Part shown: one piece after another, positions 37,082 through 45,309 of the stretch
Layout of the letters: the number at the start of each line of letters is the position of its first letter
Numbering within the stretch: the first letter of the stretch is position 1
From: an uncultured bacterium
GTDB taxonomy: Bacteria > Chloroflexota > Anaerolineae > B4-G1
Length of the DNA: 64,000 nt
Direction of reading: 5' to 3'
Assembly (NCBI GenBank): GCA_965612745.1
Contig: CBFDTD010000003.1
Span: 1,816-65,815 of the forward strand
Notes under the pieces: generated by a model
Databases searched by the model: none
The model's input: only the letters and a program-made list of their open reading frames with translations
What the model was told of the DNA's origin: nothing
Program-made: the position numbers and the translations under genes

Positions 37082-37271
37082 CCTTCCAACCTCTGGGCAC
37101 GTAGCCTTCTAATACAGGAAGTGGTTTTAGGCGCGGCCTCGGCTCAATGGTGACTTCCTCGCCGTCGGGCATACGTACAACGAGGCGTGTATAGCGCCTA
37201 GCCACGTCCCACAACACCTCTTCCAAGGACCGCTCCTTAATATCATCCAACACCAGAGTTTGGGTCGTCAT
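37059..37271 (-). CDS. Putative VapB-type antitoxin
   Basis: 70 aa. RBS GGAGGT 6 nt before ATG. Directly upstream of, and overlapping, the PIN gene. Confidence 0.5.
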   Translation of the reverse strand: MTTQTLVLDDIKERSLEEVLWDVARRYTRLVVRMPDGEEVTIEPRPRLKPLPVLEGYVPRGWKDAVYAES

Positions 37272-37383
37272 GTCCTTACCTCCAACAACGCCACTCCTGC
37301 GCCGCATCTACATACCCCACCGGCTATGAGAAAGCAACCATCGGGCCGCAGCCCGAAGGGGCCGACCATCACGATGTGCATAT

Positions 37384-39225
37384 TCACTCCACGGTAACAC
37401 TCTTCGCGAGATTTCTGGGTTGGTCCACGTCGCAGCCTCGCCGCACTGCCAGATGATACGCCAGCAATTGCAGCGGCACGACGTTGACCACCGGTGAAAG
37501 CAGCGGCGGCGTCGGTGGGGCGTAGAGCACGTAGTCGGCTTTGGTTGTGATGTCCCCGTCCCCTTCCGTCGCCAGTGCGATGACGATGCCACCTCGCGCT
37601 TTGACCTGCTCGACCTGGCTCACCATCTTGTCGTAGACATGGTCGCGTACGGCGATGGTGACGACGGGCATCGCCTCGTCAATGAGCGCGATAGGGCCGT
37701 GTTTCATCTCCCCGGCCGGATAGCCCTCGGCGTGGATGTAGGAAATCTCTTTCAGTTTAAGCGCCCCTTCCAGAGCGATGGGATAGTTGATGCCCCGGCC
37801 CAGGTACAGGAAATGCTCCCGATCGTAGAAGATATTAGCCAGTTGCTCGTATTCGTCGCCGTGGTTCAGAGTGCGACCCACCATGTCCGGCAGTCGGGCC
37901 AGGTCGTTCACCAGATGCCGCAACTGCGCTCTCTCTAGCACGCCGCGCAGTTCCCCCAGATAGCAGCCCAACAGGTAGAGGTCCACCAGGCTAGCAGTGA
38001 ACGCTTTGGTCGAAGCCACGCCAATCTCTGGGCCGGCGTGCATCAGGATGTAGCCGTCGGAGAGGCGCATCGCCTGGCTGCCGATGACGTTGACGATGCT
38101 CCACAGCCCTGCTCCCTTCGCCCGCGCCTCTTCCATCGCTGCCAACGTGTCCACCGTCTCACCGCTCTGCGTGATGGCCAGCACGGCAGTGTTCTCATTG
38201 ATGATGGGGTCGCGGTAGCGGAACTCGGAGCCGTAGTCCACCTCGACCGGCACGCGGGCCAGCGCCTCCAGAATGAACTTGCCCACGAGGCCGGCGTAGG
38301 CCGAGGTGCCGCAGGCGACGATAATCACTTTCTCCAACGAGCATGCCTTCTCCGGCGTCAATTCCAGATGCTCCAGTCGCACCCGCCCGGCGTCGAAGTC
38401 GGCCCGGCCGCGGATGGTATCAGTGACGGAGCGGGCCTGCTCGTAGATTTCCTTCTGCATAAAATGACGGAACTCCCCCTTGGCCGCTGCCACGGGGTCC
38501 CAGGGTATGGTGTGCACCTCTGCTGTGACCGGCTCGCCACTCAGCGTCGTCACCCGCGCCCCGTCCCGAGTCACCACTGCCATCTGCCGGTCTTCGAGGA
38601 AGATCATCCGGCGGGTGTGCTCCAGGATGGCGGGGATGTCGGAGGCGACGAACATTTCTCCCTCTCCTATCCCGATGGTGAGGCCACCAGCGTTGCCCAG
38701 GCGAGCGGCAACGATGCGGTCGGGTTCGCGGCTGCTGAGGAAGACGAAGGCGTTGGCCCCTTTTACGTGGGTCAGCGCCCGGCGCACCGCCGTCTCCAGG
38801 TCAGCCCCGCCCGCCATGTACCCCTCGACCAGGTGCACCACCACCTCAGTGTCGGTCTCGGAGGCGAAGCACCGTCCCTCGGCCTCCAGTTCCTGTCGCA
38901 GTTGGAGGAAGTTTTCGATGATGCCGTTGTGGACGACGGCGACCTCGCCGGTGACCCCAACGTGGGGATGGGCGTTGCGGCGACTGGGCTCGCCGTGAGT
39001 AGCCCAACGGGTATGGCCGATGCCGATCTGTCCACTCATCGGCTCGGCGTCCACCAGTTCCATCAGGCGGGCCAGTTTGCCGACCTCGCGTCGCACGGCG
39101 ATGGTGTCGCCCTCGACCACCGCCAGCCCGGCTGAGTCGTAGCCCCGATACTCCAGCCGTTTCAGTCCTTCAAGGATGATGGGGGTTGCGTCTCGCAGCC
39201 CCACGTAGCCGACTATGCCACACAT
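37384..39225 (-). CDS. glmS: Glutamine--fructose-6-phosphate aminotransferase
   Basis: N-terminal MCGIVGYVG (Ntn Cys), two SIS domains, C-terminal VTVE. 613 aa. Confidence 0.9.
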   Translation of the reverse strand: MCGIVGYVGLRDATPIILEGLKRLEYRGYDSAGLAVVEGDTIAVRREVGKLARLMELVDAEPMSGQIGIGHTRWATHGEPSRRNAHPHVGVTGEVAVVHNGIIENFLQLRQELEAEGRCFASETDTEVVVHLVEGYMAGGADLETAVRRALTHVKGANAFVFLSSREPDRIVAARLGNAGGLTIGIGEGEMFVASDIPAILEHTRRMIFLEDRQMAVVTRDGARVTTLSGEPVTAEVHTIPWDPVAAAKGEFRHFMQKEIYEQARSVTDTIRGRADFDAGRVRLEHLELTPEKACSLEKVIIVACGTSAYAGLVGKFILEALARVPVEVDYGSEFRYRDPIINENTAVLAITQSGETVDTLAAMEEARAKGAGLWSIVNVIGSQAMRLSDGYILMHAGPEIGVASTKAFTASLVDLYLLGCYLGELRGVLERAQLRHLVNDLARLPDMVGRTLNHGDEYEQLANIFYDREHFLYLGRGINYPIALEGALKLKEISYIHAEGYPAGEMKHGPIALIDEAMPVVTIAVRDHVYDKMVSQVEQVKARGGIVIALATEGDGDITTKADYVLYAPPTPPLLSPVVNVVPLQLLAYHLAVRRGCDVDQPRNLAKSVTVE

Positions 39226-39317
39226 AATGTTCCCTCCCTCATCGTCACCCGGATCCGTACCCGTGATCGGGCCGGGCCCGCTAGGGCATGTAAAGAGCGT
39301 TTCGAAGAGACCTGGGT

Positions 39318-39365
39318 GGAGGCCCGGCTTCAGCCGGGAGATCCCCGCTGAAGCGGGGCCTCCGG
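39318..39365. repeat. Core-only copy of the MITE-A hairpin module
   Basis: GGAGGCCCGGCTTCAGCCGGGAGATCCCCGCTGAAGCGGGGCCTCCGG. Confidence 0.6.
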
Positions 39366-39538
39366 CATTGAGAGTATACTTAACCCAGGCAGAAAGGGCA
39401 AGTGAACTTTAAGCCGGGCAGGGTTGACCATTACGCCGGCAGATGCTACAATTAACAGCGAGATGGCGGAGGACAAGCATCGCTAGGCCGTCGTTGGAGG
39501 CATCGCAAACGGCGCTAGAAGTCAAGGAGGTGACCATA

Positions 39539-39925
39539 ATGGCACGCACAGTCAATCGGGCAGACGATTACCTGTCGCGGGTGTTGAAGCACATCCCTTC
39601 CGAAATTGTGATGGCCTACGTCGCCATCGAGGGAGTGCTGCGCACCAGTTACAACCCTAACGTATGGACCGAGCGGCAGATGCTACAGACGCTGTTGTGG
39701 ATCGTGGCTGCGGCCCTGACAATCCTCACACCCTTCTGGCTGTGGCGCGTGATGCGCGTCAAACGGGTGACGCAACTTTTCATCTCGACGCTCTCGGTCC
39801 CCGTGTGGCTCTTTGCTTTGGGCGGGCCTTTCGCATTGCTTGATTGGTACCAGCCAGCGTTCGGTGCCGTCGTCCTACCCCTCTACACTCTGATCGTCCC
39901 CATCATCTCCCGTTCTGCCCGGTAG
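39539..39925 (+). CDS. Hypothetical membrane protein (3 TM)
   Basis: RBS AAGGAGGTG then ATG at 39539. Hydrophobic segments. Confidence 0.45.
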   Translation: MARTVNRADDYLSRVLKHIPSEIVMAYVAIEGVLRTSYNPNVWTERQMLQTLLWIVAAALTILTPFWLWRVMRVKRVTQLFISTLSVPVWLFALGGPFALLDWYQPAFGAVVLPLYTLIVPIISRSAR

Positions 39926-39932
39926 GTACGAC

Positions 39933-40742
39933 GTGAACCTCGAAATTGGCCTCTCTACCGCCGCCCTCTACCCCTCTCACCTGACCGAGGACGCGCTGAC
40001 GACCATCGCGGGGCTTGGCTTCCGCACGGTCGAAATCTTCCTCCAGGCTGAGGAGGAGTACACCCCGACCTTCGGCGCGGAACTCGACCGACGGCGGCGC
40101 GACCTGGGGTTACGTGTGCACTCGTTGCACCTCTACGTCCCTTACTTCGATCTCTGGTCCCCCTATCCCCGTATGATTCAAGAGACCCGCGCCCGCTTTC
40201 GGCGCTTGTTGGAGATTGCGACTACACTAGAAGCCCGCGCTCTCACCTGGCACGGGCTGCGCTACGGCGTGGACAATCCCCGCCTGATCGCCGCTTTCTT
40301 CGAAAGTGCAGCCTGGGCCGGCGAGCAGGCTCAAACCGCCGGCGTCACTCTCTGCATCGAAAACGTCAGTTGGTGCTACTTGCGCACCCCCGACCAGGTC
40401 ACGGCCATCCGCCAGGCCGACCTACCCGTCGGCTTCACCTTCGACACCTTCCAGGCCGGCGAAAGCGGCACTGACCCTGCTGCCCTCATCCGCGCGATGG
40501 ACAGCCGCCTCGCCACCGTGCACCTGGCCGACTACGCCCCAGGTGGGCCGCGCCACCTGCCCCCTGGTGAGGGCACCCTGGATTGGCCGTCTATCCTGCA
40601 AGCCCTACAGGCCGTGGGTTACGATGGTCCGCTCATTCTCGAACCGGCTCACGTCGAGAATACCACCATCCTCCTCCGCGCCCGCGATTTCGTGCAGCAG
40701 GCATTGACCAATGTGGCACTTACCGAGAACCGAACTCCCTGA
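39933..40742 (+). CDS. Sugar phosphate isomerase/epimerase (xylose isomerase-like TIM barrel)
   Basis: GFRTVEIF...LHLYVPYFDLWSP...LCIENVSW pattern of the AP-endonuclease-2/TIM-barrel family. GTG start. Confidence 0.6.
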   Translation: MNLEIGLSTAALYPSHLTEDALTTIAGLGFRTVEIFLQAEEEYTPTFGAELDRRRRDLGLRVHSLHLYVPYFDLWSPYPRMIQETRARFRRLLEIATTLEARALTWHGLRYGVDNPRLIAAFFESAAWAGEQAQTAGVTLCIENVSWCYLRTPDQVTAIRQADLPVGFTFDTFQAGESGTDPAALIRAMDSRLATVHLADYAPGGPRHLPPGEGTLDWPSILQALQAVGYDGPLILEPAHVENTTILLRARDFVQQALTNVALTENRTP

Positions 40743-41805
40743 GCAGGTCTGCAAACTGTGCGGCGCACGCTCGCACCTCATTGCCGCCCACCTGGGCGTG
40801 TGCCTGGCTTGCATCCGCAGCCGCCCCCAGGAGGCGCTGGAGATCGCCGATGCCGCCCACGCCGCCGCCCGCCGTCTCTTCGGCCTGCCGGAGCGACCGC
40901 CCCGCACCGAGGAGGGCCGCCGCTGCGGACTGTGCGCGCAGGATTGCGTCATCGGCGAGGGGGAGCGCGGCTTCTGTGGCCTGCGCGAGGTGCGCGACGG
41001 CAAACTGCGCCACCTGGCCGGCACCCCCGACCGGGGCCTACTCCACTGGTACCGCGATCCCCTGCCCACCAACTGCGTCGCCGACCCATTCTGTGCCGGG
41101 CACACGCAGCGTGGCAAGCACAACCTGGCCGTCTTCTACGCCGCCTGCACCGTGGACTGCCTCTTCTGCCAGAACTGGCACTTTCGAGAGAGCGACCCGT
41201 TCCACTCCGATAAACTCACCGCCAGCCAGTTGGCCGAGGCCGCCAACCCGCGCACCTATTGCGTCTGCTACTTCGGCGGCGACCCCGCCAGCCAGATGCC
41301 GCACGCGCTGGCCGCCAGCCGCCTCCTGGCCGAACGTGGCATCGTCATCTGCTGGGAGACGAACGGCACTGCTCACCCTCGCCTGATGGACCGTGCCCTT
41401 GATCTCTCTCTTGCCACCGGCGGCTGCGTTAAGTTCGACTTGAAAGCCTTCGACGACAATCTACACCGCGCCCTCACCGGGGCCAGCAATCGCCGGACGC
41501 TTGCGAACTTCGCCCGCGCCGCCGCCCGCTTCGACGAGCGTCCCGAACCGCCCCCCGTCGTCGCCAGCACGCTCCTCGTGCCCGGCTACGTGGACGCCGA
41601 GGAGGTGGGCCGCGTCGCCCGCTTCATCGCCGACCTGGACCCGCGCATCCCCTACGTCCTGCTCGGCTTCGCGCCCCACTTCTTTTTCCCCGACCTGCCG
41701 CGTACCTCCGTGCGCCACGCCGAGGAGGCCGAGGCCGCCGCCCGCGCGGCCGGCCTGACCCGCGTGCGCATCGGCAACCGCCATCTGCTCTCCCGTGACT
41801 ACTGA
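40711..41805 (+). CDS. Radical SAM enzyme of AmmeMemoRadiSam type (PFL-activase-like) with an extra N-terminal Cys-rich extension
   Basis: CGLCAQDCVIGEGERGFCGLREVRDGKL then ACTVDCLFCQNW (CxxxCxxC), and C-terminal PYVLLGFAPHFFFPDLPRTS...VRIGN. The N-terminal 60 aa hold CKLCG...CLAC. The start (overlaps the upstream gene by 32 nt) is uncertain. Confidence 0.6.
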   Translation: MWHLPRTELPEQVCKLCGARSHLIAAHLGVCLACIRSRPQEALEIADAAHAAARRLFGLPERPPRTEEGRRCGLCAQDCVIGEGERGFCGLREVRDGKLRHLAGTPDRGLLHWYRDPLPTNCVADPFCAGHTQRGKHNLAVFYAACTVDCLFCQNWHFRESDPFHSDKLTASQLAEAANPRTYCVCYFGGDPASQMPHALAASRLLAERGIVICWETNGTAHPRLMDRALDLSLATGGCVKFDLKAFDDNLHRALTGASNRRTLANFARAAARFDERPEPPPVVASTLLVPGYVDAEEVGRVARFIADLDPRIPYVLLGFAPHFFFPDLPRTSVRHAEEAEAAARAAGLTRVRIGNRHLLSRDY

Positions 41806-41852
41806 GCCTCTCACTTGACATCTTCGCTCAATCCGCGTACCATTTGTGATAT

Positions 41853-42024
41853 GGGTGTGGCTAAAATCAGTGGGACGTCCGGCTTCAGCCGGAAAATCCC
41901 CGCTGAAGCGGGGCCTCCGGCCTCTTCTCCGGCTTCAGCCGAGCAGGACGTCCGGCTTCAGCCGGAAAATCCCTGCTGAAGCGGGGCCTCCGGCCTTTTC
42001 TCCTCACGAATTTTAGCCAGACTC
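41853..42024 (+). mobile_element. MITE-A copy with internal duplication of the hairpin core (172 bp), TSD TTGTGATAT
   Basis: Direct repeat TTGTGATAT at 41844-41852 and 42025-42033. Two tandem GACGTCCGGCTTCAGCCGGAAAATCC..GCTGAAGCGGGGCCTCCGGCC units. Confidence 0.8.
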
Positions 42025-42031
42025 TTGTGAT

Positions 42032-42796
42032 ATGTACACAGCAGGCATAGACGTAGGCGCGATCACCGCCAAGGCGGCCATCCTCAGCGATGGGGAATTA
42101 CTCGCCACGGCGCTCATCTTTGCCGGATACGACCGGGCCGCCGCCGCACTCCAGGTGCTCGATCAGGCACTGACGCAGGCGGGGCTCACTCGTGACCAAA
42201 TTGCTCGCCTGGTCGCCACCGGCTATGGCCGCGTGCAGGTCCCCGGCGCAGACCGCACCGTCACCGAGATCACCTGCCACGCCCGGGGTGCGCATTACCT
42301 CTGCCCCGACGTGCACACCGTGATTGACATCGGCGGGCAGGATAGCAAGGGCATCGCCGTTGGTCCAGGCGGCAAAGTGCTCGACTTCGTGATGAACGAC
42401 AAGTGTGCCGCCGGCACCGGGCGCTTCCTGGAGGTGATGGCCCACGCGCTGGAGGTGGACCTGGCCGACTTTGGCCGCCTGGCCCTCTCCGCCCCGCGTC
42501 GCGCCAAGATCTCCAGCACCTGCACCGTCTTCGCCGAGTCGGAGGTCATCACTCACCTGACTGCTGGCGTGCCCAGGGATGAGATCGCCGCCGGCATTCA
42601 CGAGGCCATCGCTGCCCGCATCGCCACCATGGTCGGGCGCATACGGGTGCAGGACGTGGTCGTGCTAACCGGCGGTGTGGCCCGCAACGCAGGAGTCGCC
42701 CGTATGCTGGAGGAGAAACTGGGCCACGCCATCCTGGTGCCGGAGCACGCCCAACTGGCCGGCGCTATCGGCGCAGCCCTCATCGCTGGGGGGTAG
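42032..42796 (+). CDS. 2-hydroxyacyl-CoA dehydratase activator (HgdC/BadF/BcrAD-type ATPase)
   Basis: MYTAGIDVGAITAKAAI...IDIGGQDSKGI...DKCAAGTGRFLE is the acetate/sugar-kinase-fold CoA-enzyme activase signature. Confidence 0.8.
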   Translation: MYTAGIDVGAITAKAAILSDGELLATALIFAGYDRAAAALQVLDQALTQAGLTRDQIARLVATGYGRVQVPGADRTVTEITCHARGAHYLCPDVHTVIDIGGQDSKGIAVGPGGKVLDFVMNDKCAAGTGRFLEVMAHALEVDLADFGRLALSAPRRAKISSTCTVFAESEVITHLTAGVPRDEIAAGIHEAIAARIATMVGRIRVQDVVVLTGGVARNAGVARMLEEKLGHAILVPEHAQLAGAIGAALIAGG

Positions 42797-42823
42797 AACA
42801 CGGATTCCAGGACGCCAACGGAT

Positions 42824-43861
42824 ATGCAATCTCCAACCCCCAATCTCCAGTCCCCCAATCTCCACTCCCCAATCGGCTTCCTCACCGCCTACGTGCCGGA
42901 GGAACTCTTCCACGCGGCGGGCTTCACTCCCGTGTTCATCTTCCACACTCCGGACGACCACGGCTACGCCCGCGCCCACCTGCCCGGCTTCACCTGCTGG
43001 ATCGCCGGTTCCGCCCTCGACCAGGCCCTCGCCGGCGAACTGGACGGCCTGGCCGGGATGGCCCTTGCCCAGACCTGCGACACTATGCAAGGGCTAACCG
43101 ACCTTTGGCGACGCAATGTGCCTCACATCCCCCTCTTCCACTTCGGGATGCCGCTGCGCCTGGACGGCCCCTCCGCCCGCGCCTACCTCCTGGCCGAACT
43201 CCGATCCTTGCGTGAGCGAGTGCAGGCCGTGACCGGTCGCCCCATCTCCGACGACGCGCTGCGGGAGAGCATCGCGCTCTACAACCGCACCCGCACCCTG
43301 GTGCGCCGCCTTTACACCCACGCCGCCGACTTCGCCCCACCCGACCTGTACGCGCTGGTGTGGGCCGCTCTCTCCTCTACTCCTCTGCCCCCCTGCTCCC
43401 CTGCTCCTCTGCCCTCTTGCTCCTCTGCTCCCCTGCTTCTCCTCGTCGGCTCTGCCCTGGCTGACCCCGTCCTCTTTGACGTCATCGCCCAGGTTGGCGC
43501 CCGCGTGGCCGGTGACCTGCTGGACCTGGGGGAACGCTACTTCGCGGTGGACGCCGCCGAGGACGGCGACCCCCTCGAGGCCATCGCCGACCGGCTGTTG
43601 GCGCTGGTGCCCACTCCGACCAAGCATCATCCCCAGCACACCCGCACCGCCCACCTGCTGTCGCTGGTGCGGGAGCGCAACGCCGACGGTGTCATCTTCG
43701 CCCGTCAGAAATTCTGCGAGCCCCACGGCTTCGACTACGTGCAACTGGCCCACGCACTGGACCAGGTCGGCGTGCCCCACCTGCTGGTCGAACTGGAGCA
43801 GGCCTCTCAGGCCGGCCAACTGCGCACGCGGGTGGAGGCGTTTGTGGAAATGCTGGCTTAG
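42824..43861 (+). CDS. 2-hydroxyacyl-CoA dehydratase subunit (HgdB-like) carrying a CT-rich octamer-repeat insertion
   Basis: GFLTAYVPEELFHAAGFTPV and LDGLAGMALAQTCDTMQGL align to the HgdB N-terminal blocks. C-terminal FARQKFCEPHGFDYVQL. Insert PLPPCSPAPLPSCSSAPLLLL. Confidence 0.75.
   Translation: MQSPTPNLQSPNLHSPIGFLTAYVPEELFHAAGFTPVFIFHTPDDHGYARAHLPGFTCWIAGSALDQALAGELDGLAGMALAQTCDTMQGLTDLWRRNVPHIPLFHFGMPLRLDGPSARAYLLAELRSLRERVQAVTGRPISDDALRESIALYNRTRTLVRRLYTHAADFAPPDLYALVWAALSSTPLPPCSPAPLPSCSSAPLLLLVGSALADPVLFDVIAQVGARVAGDLLDLGERYFAVDAAEDGDPLEAIADRLLALVPTPTKHHPQHTRTAHLLSLVRERNADGVIFARQKFCEPHGFDYVQLAHALDQVGVPHLLVELEQASQAGQLRTRVEAFVEMLA
43384..43441. repeat. Imperfect octanucleotide (YCTGCTCC)-like tandem repeat / 75-nt polypyrimidine tract inside the HgdB-like gene
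   Basis: CCTGCTCC CCTGCTCC TCTGCCC TCTTGCTCC TCTGCTCC CCTGCTTC. Confidence 0.7.
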
Positions 43862-43915
43862 CGGTATAATCAATCCCAAAATGGGACAAATTTGGGCCAT
43901 TTAGAGGATGAACTT

Positions 43916-44707
43916 ATGACTCTCCGGGACATTCTCAGCGAGAGAGCAGAAGATGAAGGACTGCCCCTCCAGGTACTGATTAAAGAAGCACTCCAGGTCT
44001 ACGCACTGTCCGAGATCTATGACCAGCCGGAGTCGCGCCACATCACTTTCCAGGGAGGCACCTGCCTCCGATTGGTGTACGAGGGAGCCCGGTACTCGGA
44101 AGACGTGGATTGCGTAACCTCACTGGGGATTGAGGAGTTGAAGCCGCTCTTTATGAAAGTGAAGCGTGCACTACTTCACCTTGGCCCCCTGCTCGAAGGA
44201 GAGATTGAGGCCCGTATCCAGAAGGAGAGCCCTGAACTTGTCCGCTGGCAGGTTCGTTATCGTACCGCCGATGTGCCATCCACCTTCGTCAACGTCGAGT
44301 TTGGCTTTTACCCCGCCTACACCGCCCGCGTCGCCTCACTTCACATCCCGCCAGGCCTGCCGGGGCTGCCACTGGTGCTGGTTCGAGCGGAGGAGCCGGA
44401 GGAGATTATGGCCGACAAAGTCGCTGCTATTGCCGGTCGCCCCTACGTCAAGGGACGGGACATCTTCGACCTCTGGCTGCTGCAGAAGAGAGACATCAAG
44501 TTAGACCACGCCCTGGTGGAAAAGAAGTTCGCCGACTACGCTGTACCTCCCGATGGCCTGCGCCGGAATCTGCCACACATCACGCCCGAGATGGTGCGCC
44601 TGGAACTGGAGCGTTTCCTTCCCAGAAGATACCGCGTCCAACTTCAAGGGGAGGCGCTGGAATCACTGGTCGCCGAAGTGAAAGAGCTGCTTGAGTCAGT
44701 AGTATGA
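43916..44707 (+). CDS. AbiEii-family nucleotidyltransferase toxin (type IV TA, DUF1814)
   Basis: ITFQGGTCLRLVYEGARYSEDVDCV matches the GGTAL...RFSEDIDF NTase motif of AbiEii. Start taken at ATG 43916 (RBS GAGGATGA). Confidence 0.75.
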   Translation: MTLRDILSERAEDEGLPLQVLIKEALQVYALSEIYDQPESRHITFQGGTCLRLVYEGARYSEDVDCVTSLGIEELKPLFMKVKRALLHLGPLLEGEIEARIQKESPELVRWQVRYRTADVPSTFVNVEFGFYPAYTARVASLHIPPGLPGLPLVLVRAEEPEEIMADKVAAIAGRPYVKGRDIFDLWLLQKRDIKLDHALVEKKFADYAVPPDGLRRNLPHITPEMVRLELERFLPRRYRVQLQGEALESLVAEVKELLESVV

Positions 44708-45306
44708 AGTACTTCACCCTCGACCGTTGGATTGAAGCCCTGCAACAATTGGGCAGACAAGGAGGCAGGATCCTGACACCACAGGCTCTCTCCTTGGTCT
44801 CCGGTCTGCCCGAGGAAACCGTTCGCAAGGCCCTGCGCCGGTTGGAATTGAAAGGATATGTCAGGCGATTGGGGAAAAGGCTTTACGCCAACACCTTCTT
44901 TCCCCCCACCCTCGAAGAGGTGGCAATGGTGCTGGGCCGTCCTTGCTATGTTTCGTTTGAGAGTGGGTTGGAGCGGCATGGGCTGCTCTCCCAGATGCCC
45001 CTGCTCCTCACTTGTGCCTCGACCGTGGAATCGGGAAGCAAAGAGACGCCCTTCGGGGAGATCCTCTTCCACCGCCTCAAGCCCTCCCTGTTCTTCGGCT
45101 ACGCCGCCAGCGACGGAGTGCTTTGGGCTGAGCCGGAGAAGGCGCTGCTCGATTTCATCTACATCAGCCTCAAGACTGGAGGAGGGCTTCCGTCACTCGA
45201 CGAACTGGCGTGGGAACGGCTCGATTACGCCAGGCTTGAGGAGTGGGCCCGGCGTTACCCCCGTAGCGTGAGGAGAAATCTGATCCCTTGGATTAACAAA
45301 CAATGA
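44704..45306 (+). CDS. AbiEi-family wHTH antitoxin / transcriptional regulator
   Basis: N-terminal wHTH ILTPQALSLVSGLPEETVRKALRRLELKGYVRRLGKRLYA. C-terminal LLDFIYISLKTGGGLP block. ATGA overlap with the AbiEii stop. Confidence 0.65.
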   Translation: MKYFTLDRWIEALQQLGRQGGRILTPQALSLVSGLPEETVRKALRRLELKGYVRRLGKRLYANTFFPPTLEEVAMVLGRPCYVSFESGLERHGLLSQMPLLLTCASTVESGSKETPFGEILFHRLKPSLFFGYAASDGVLWAEPEKALLDFIYISLKTGGGLPSLDELAWERLDYARLEEWARRYPRSVRRNLIPWINKQ

Positions 45307-45309
45307 GGT

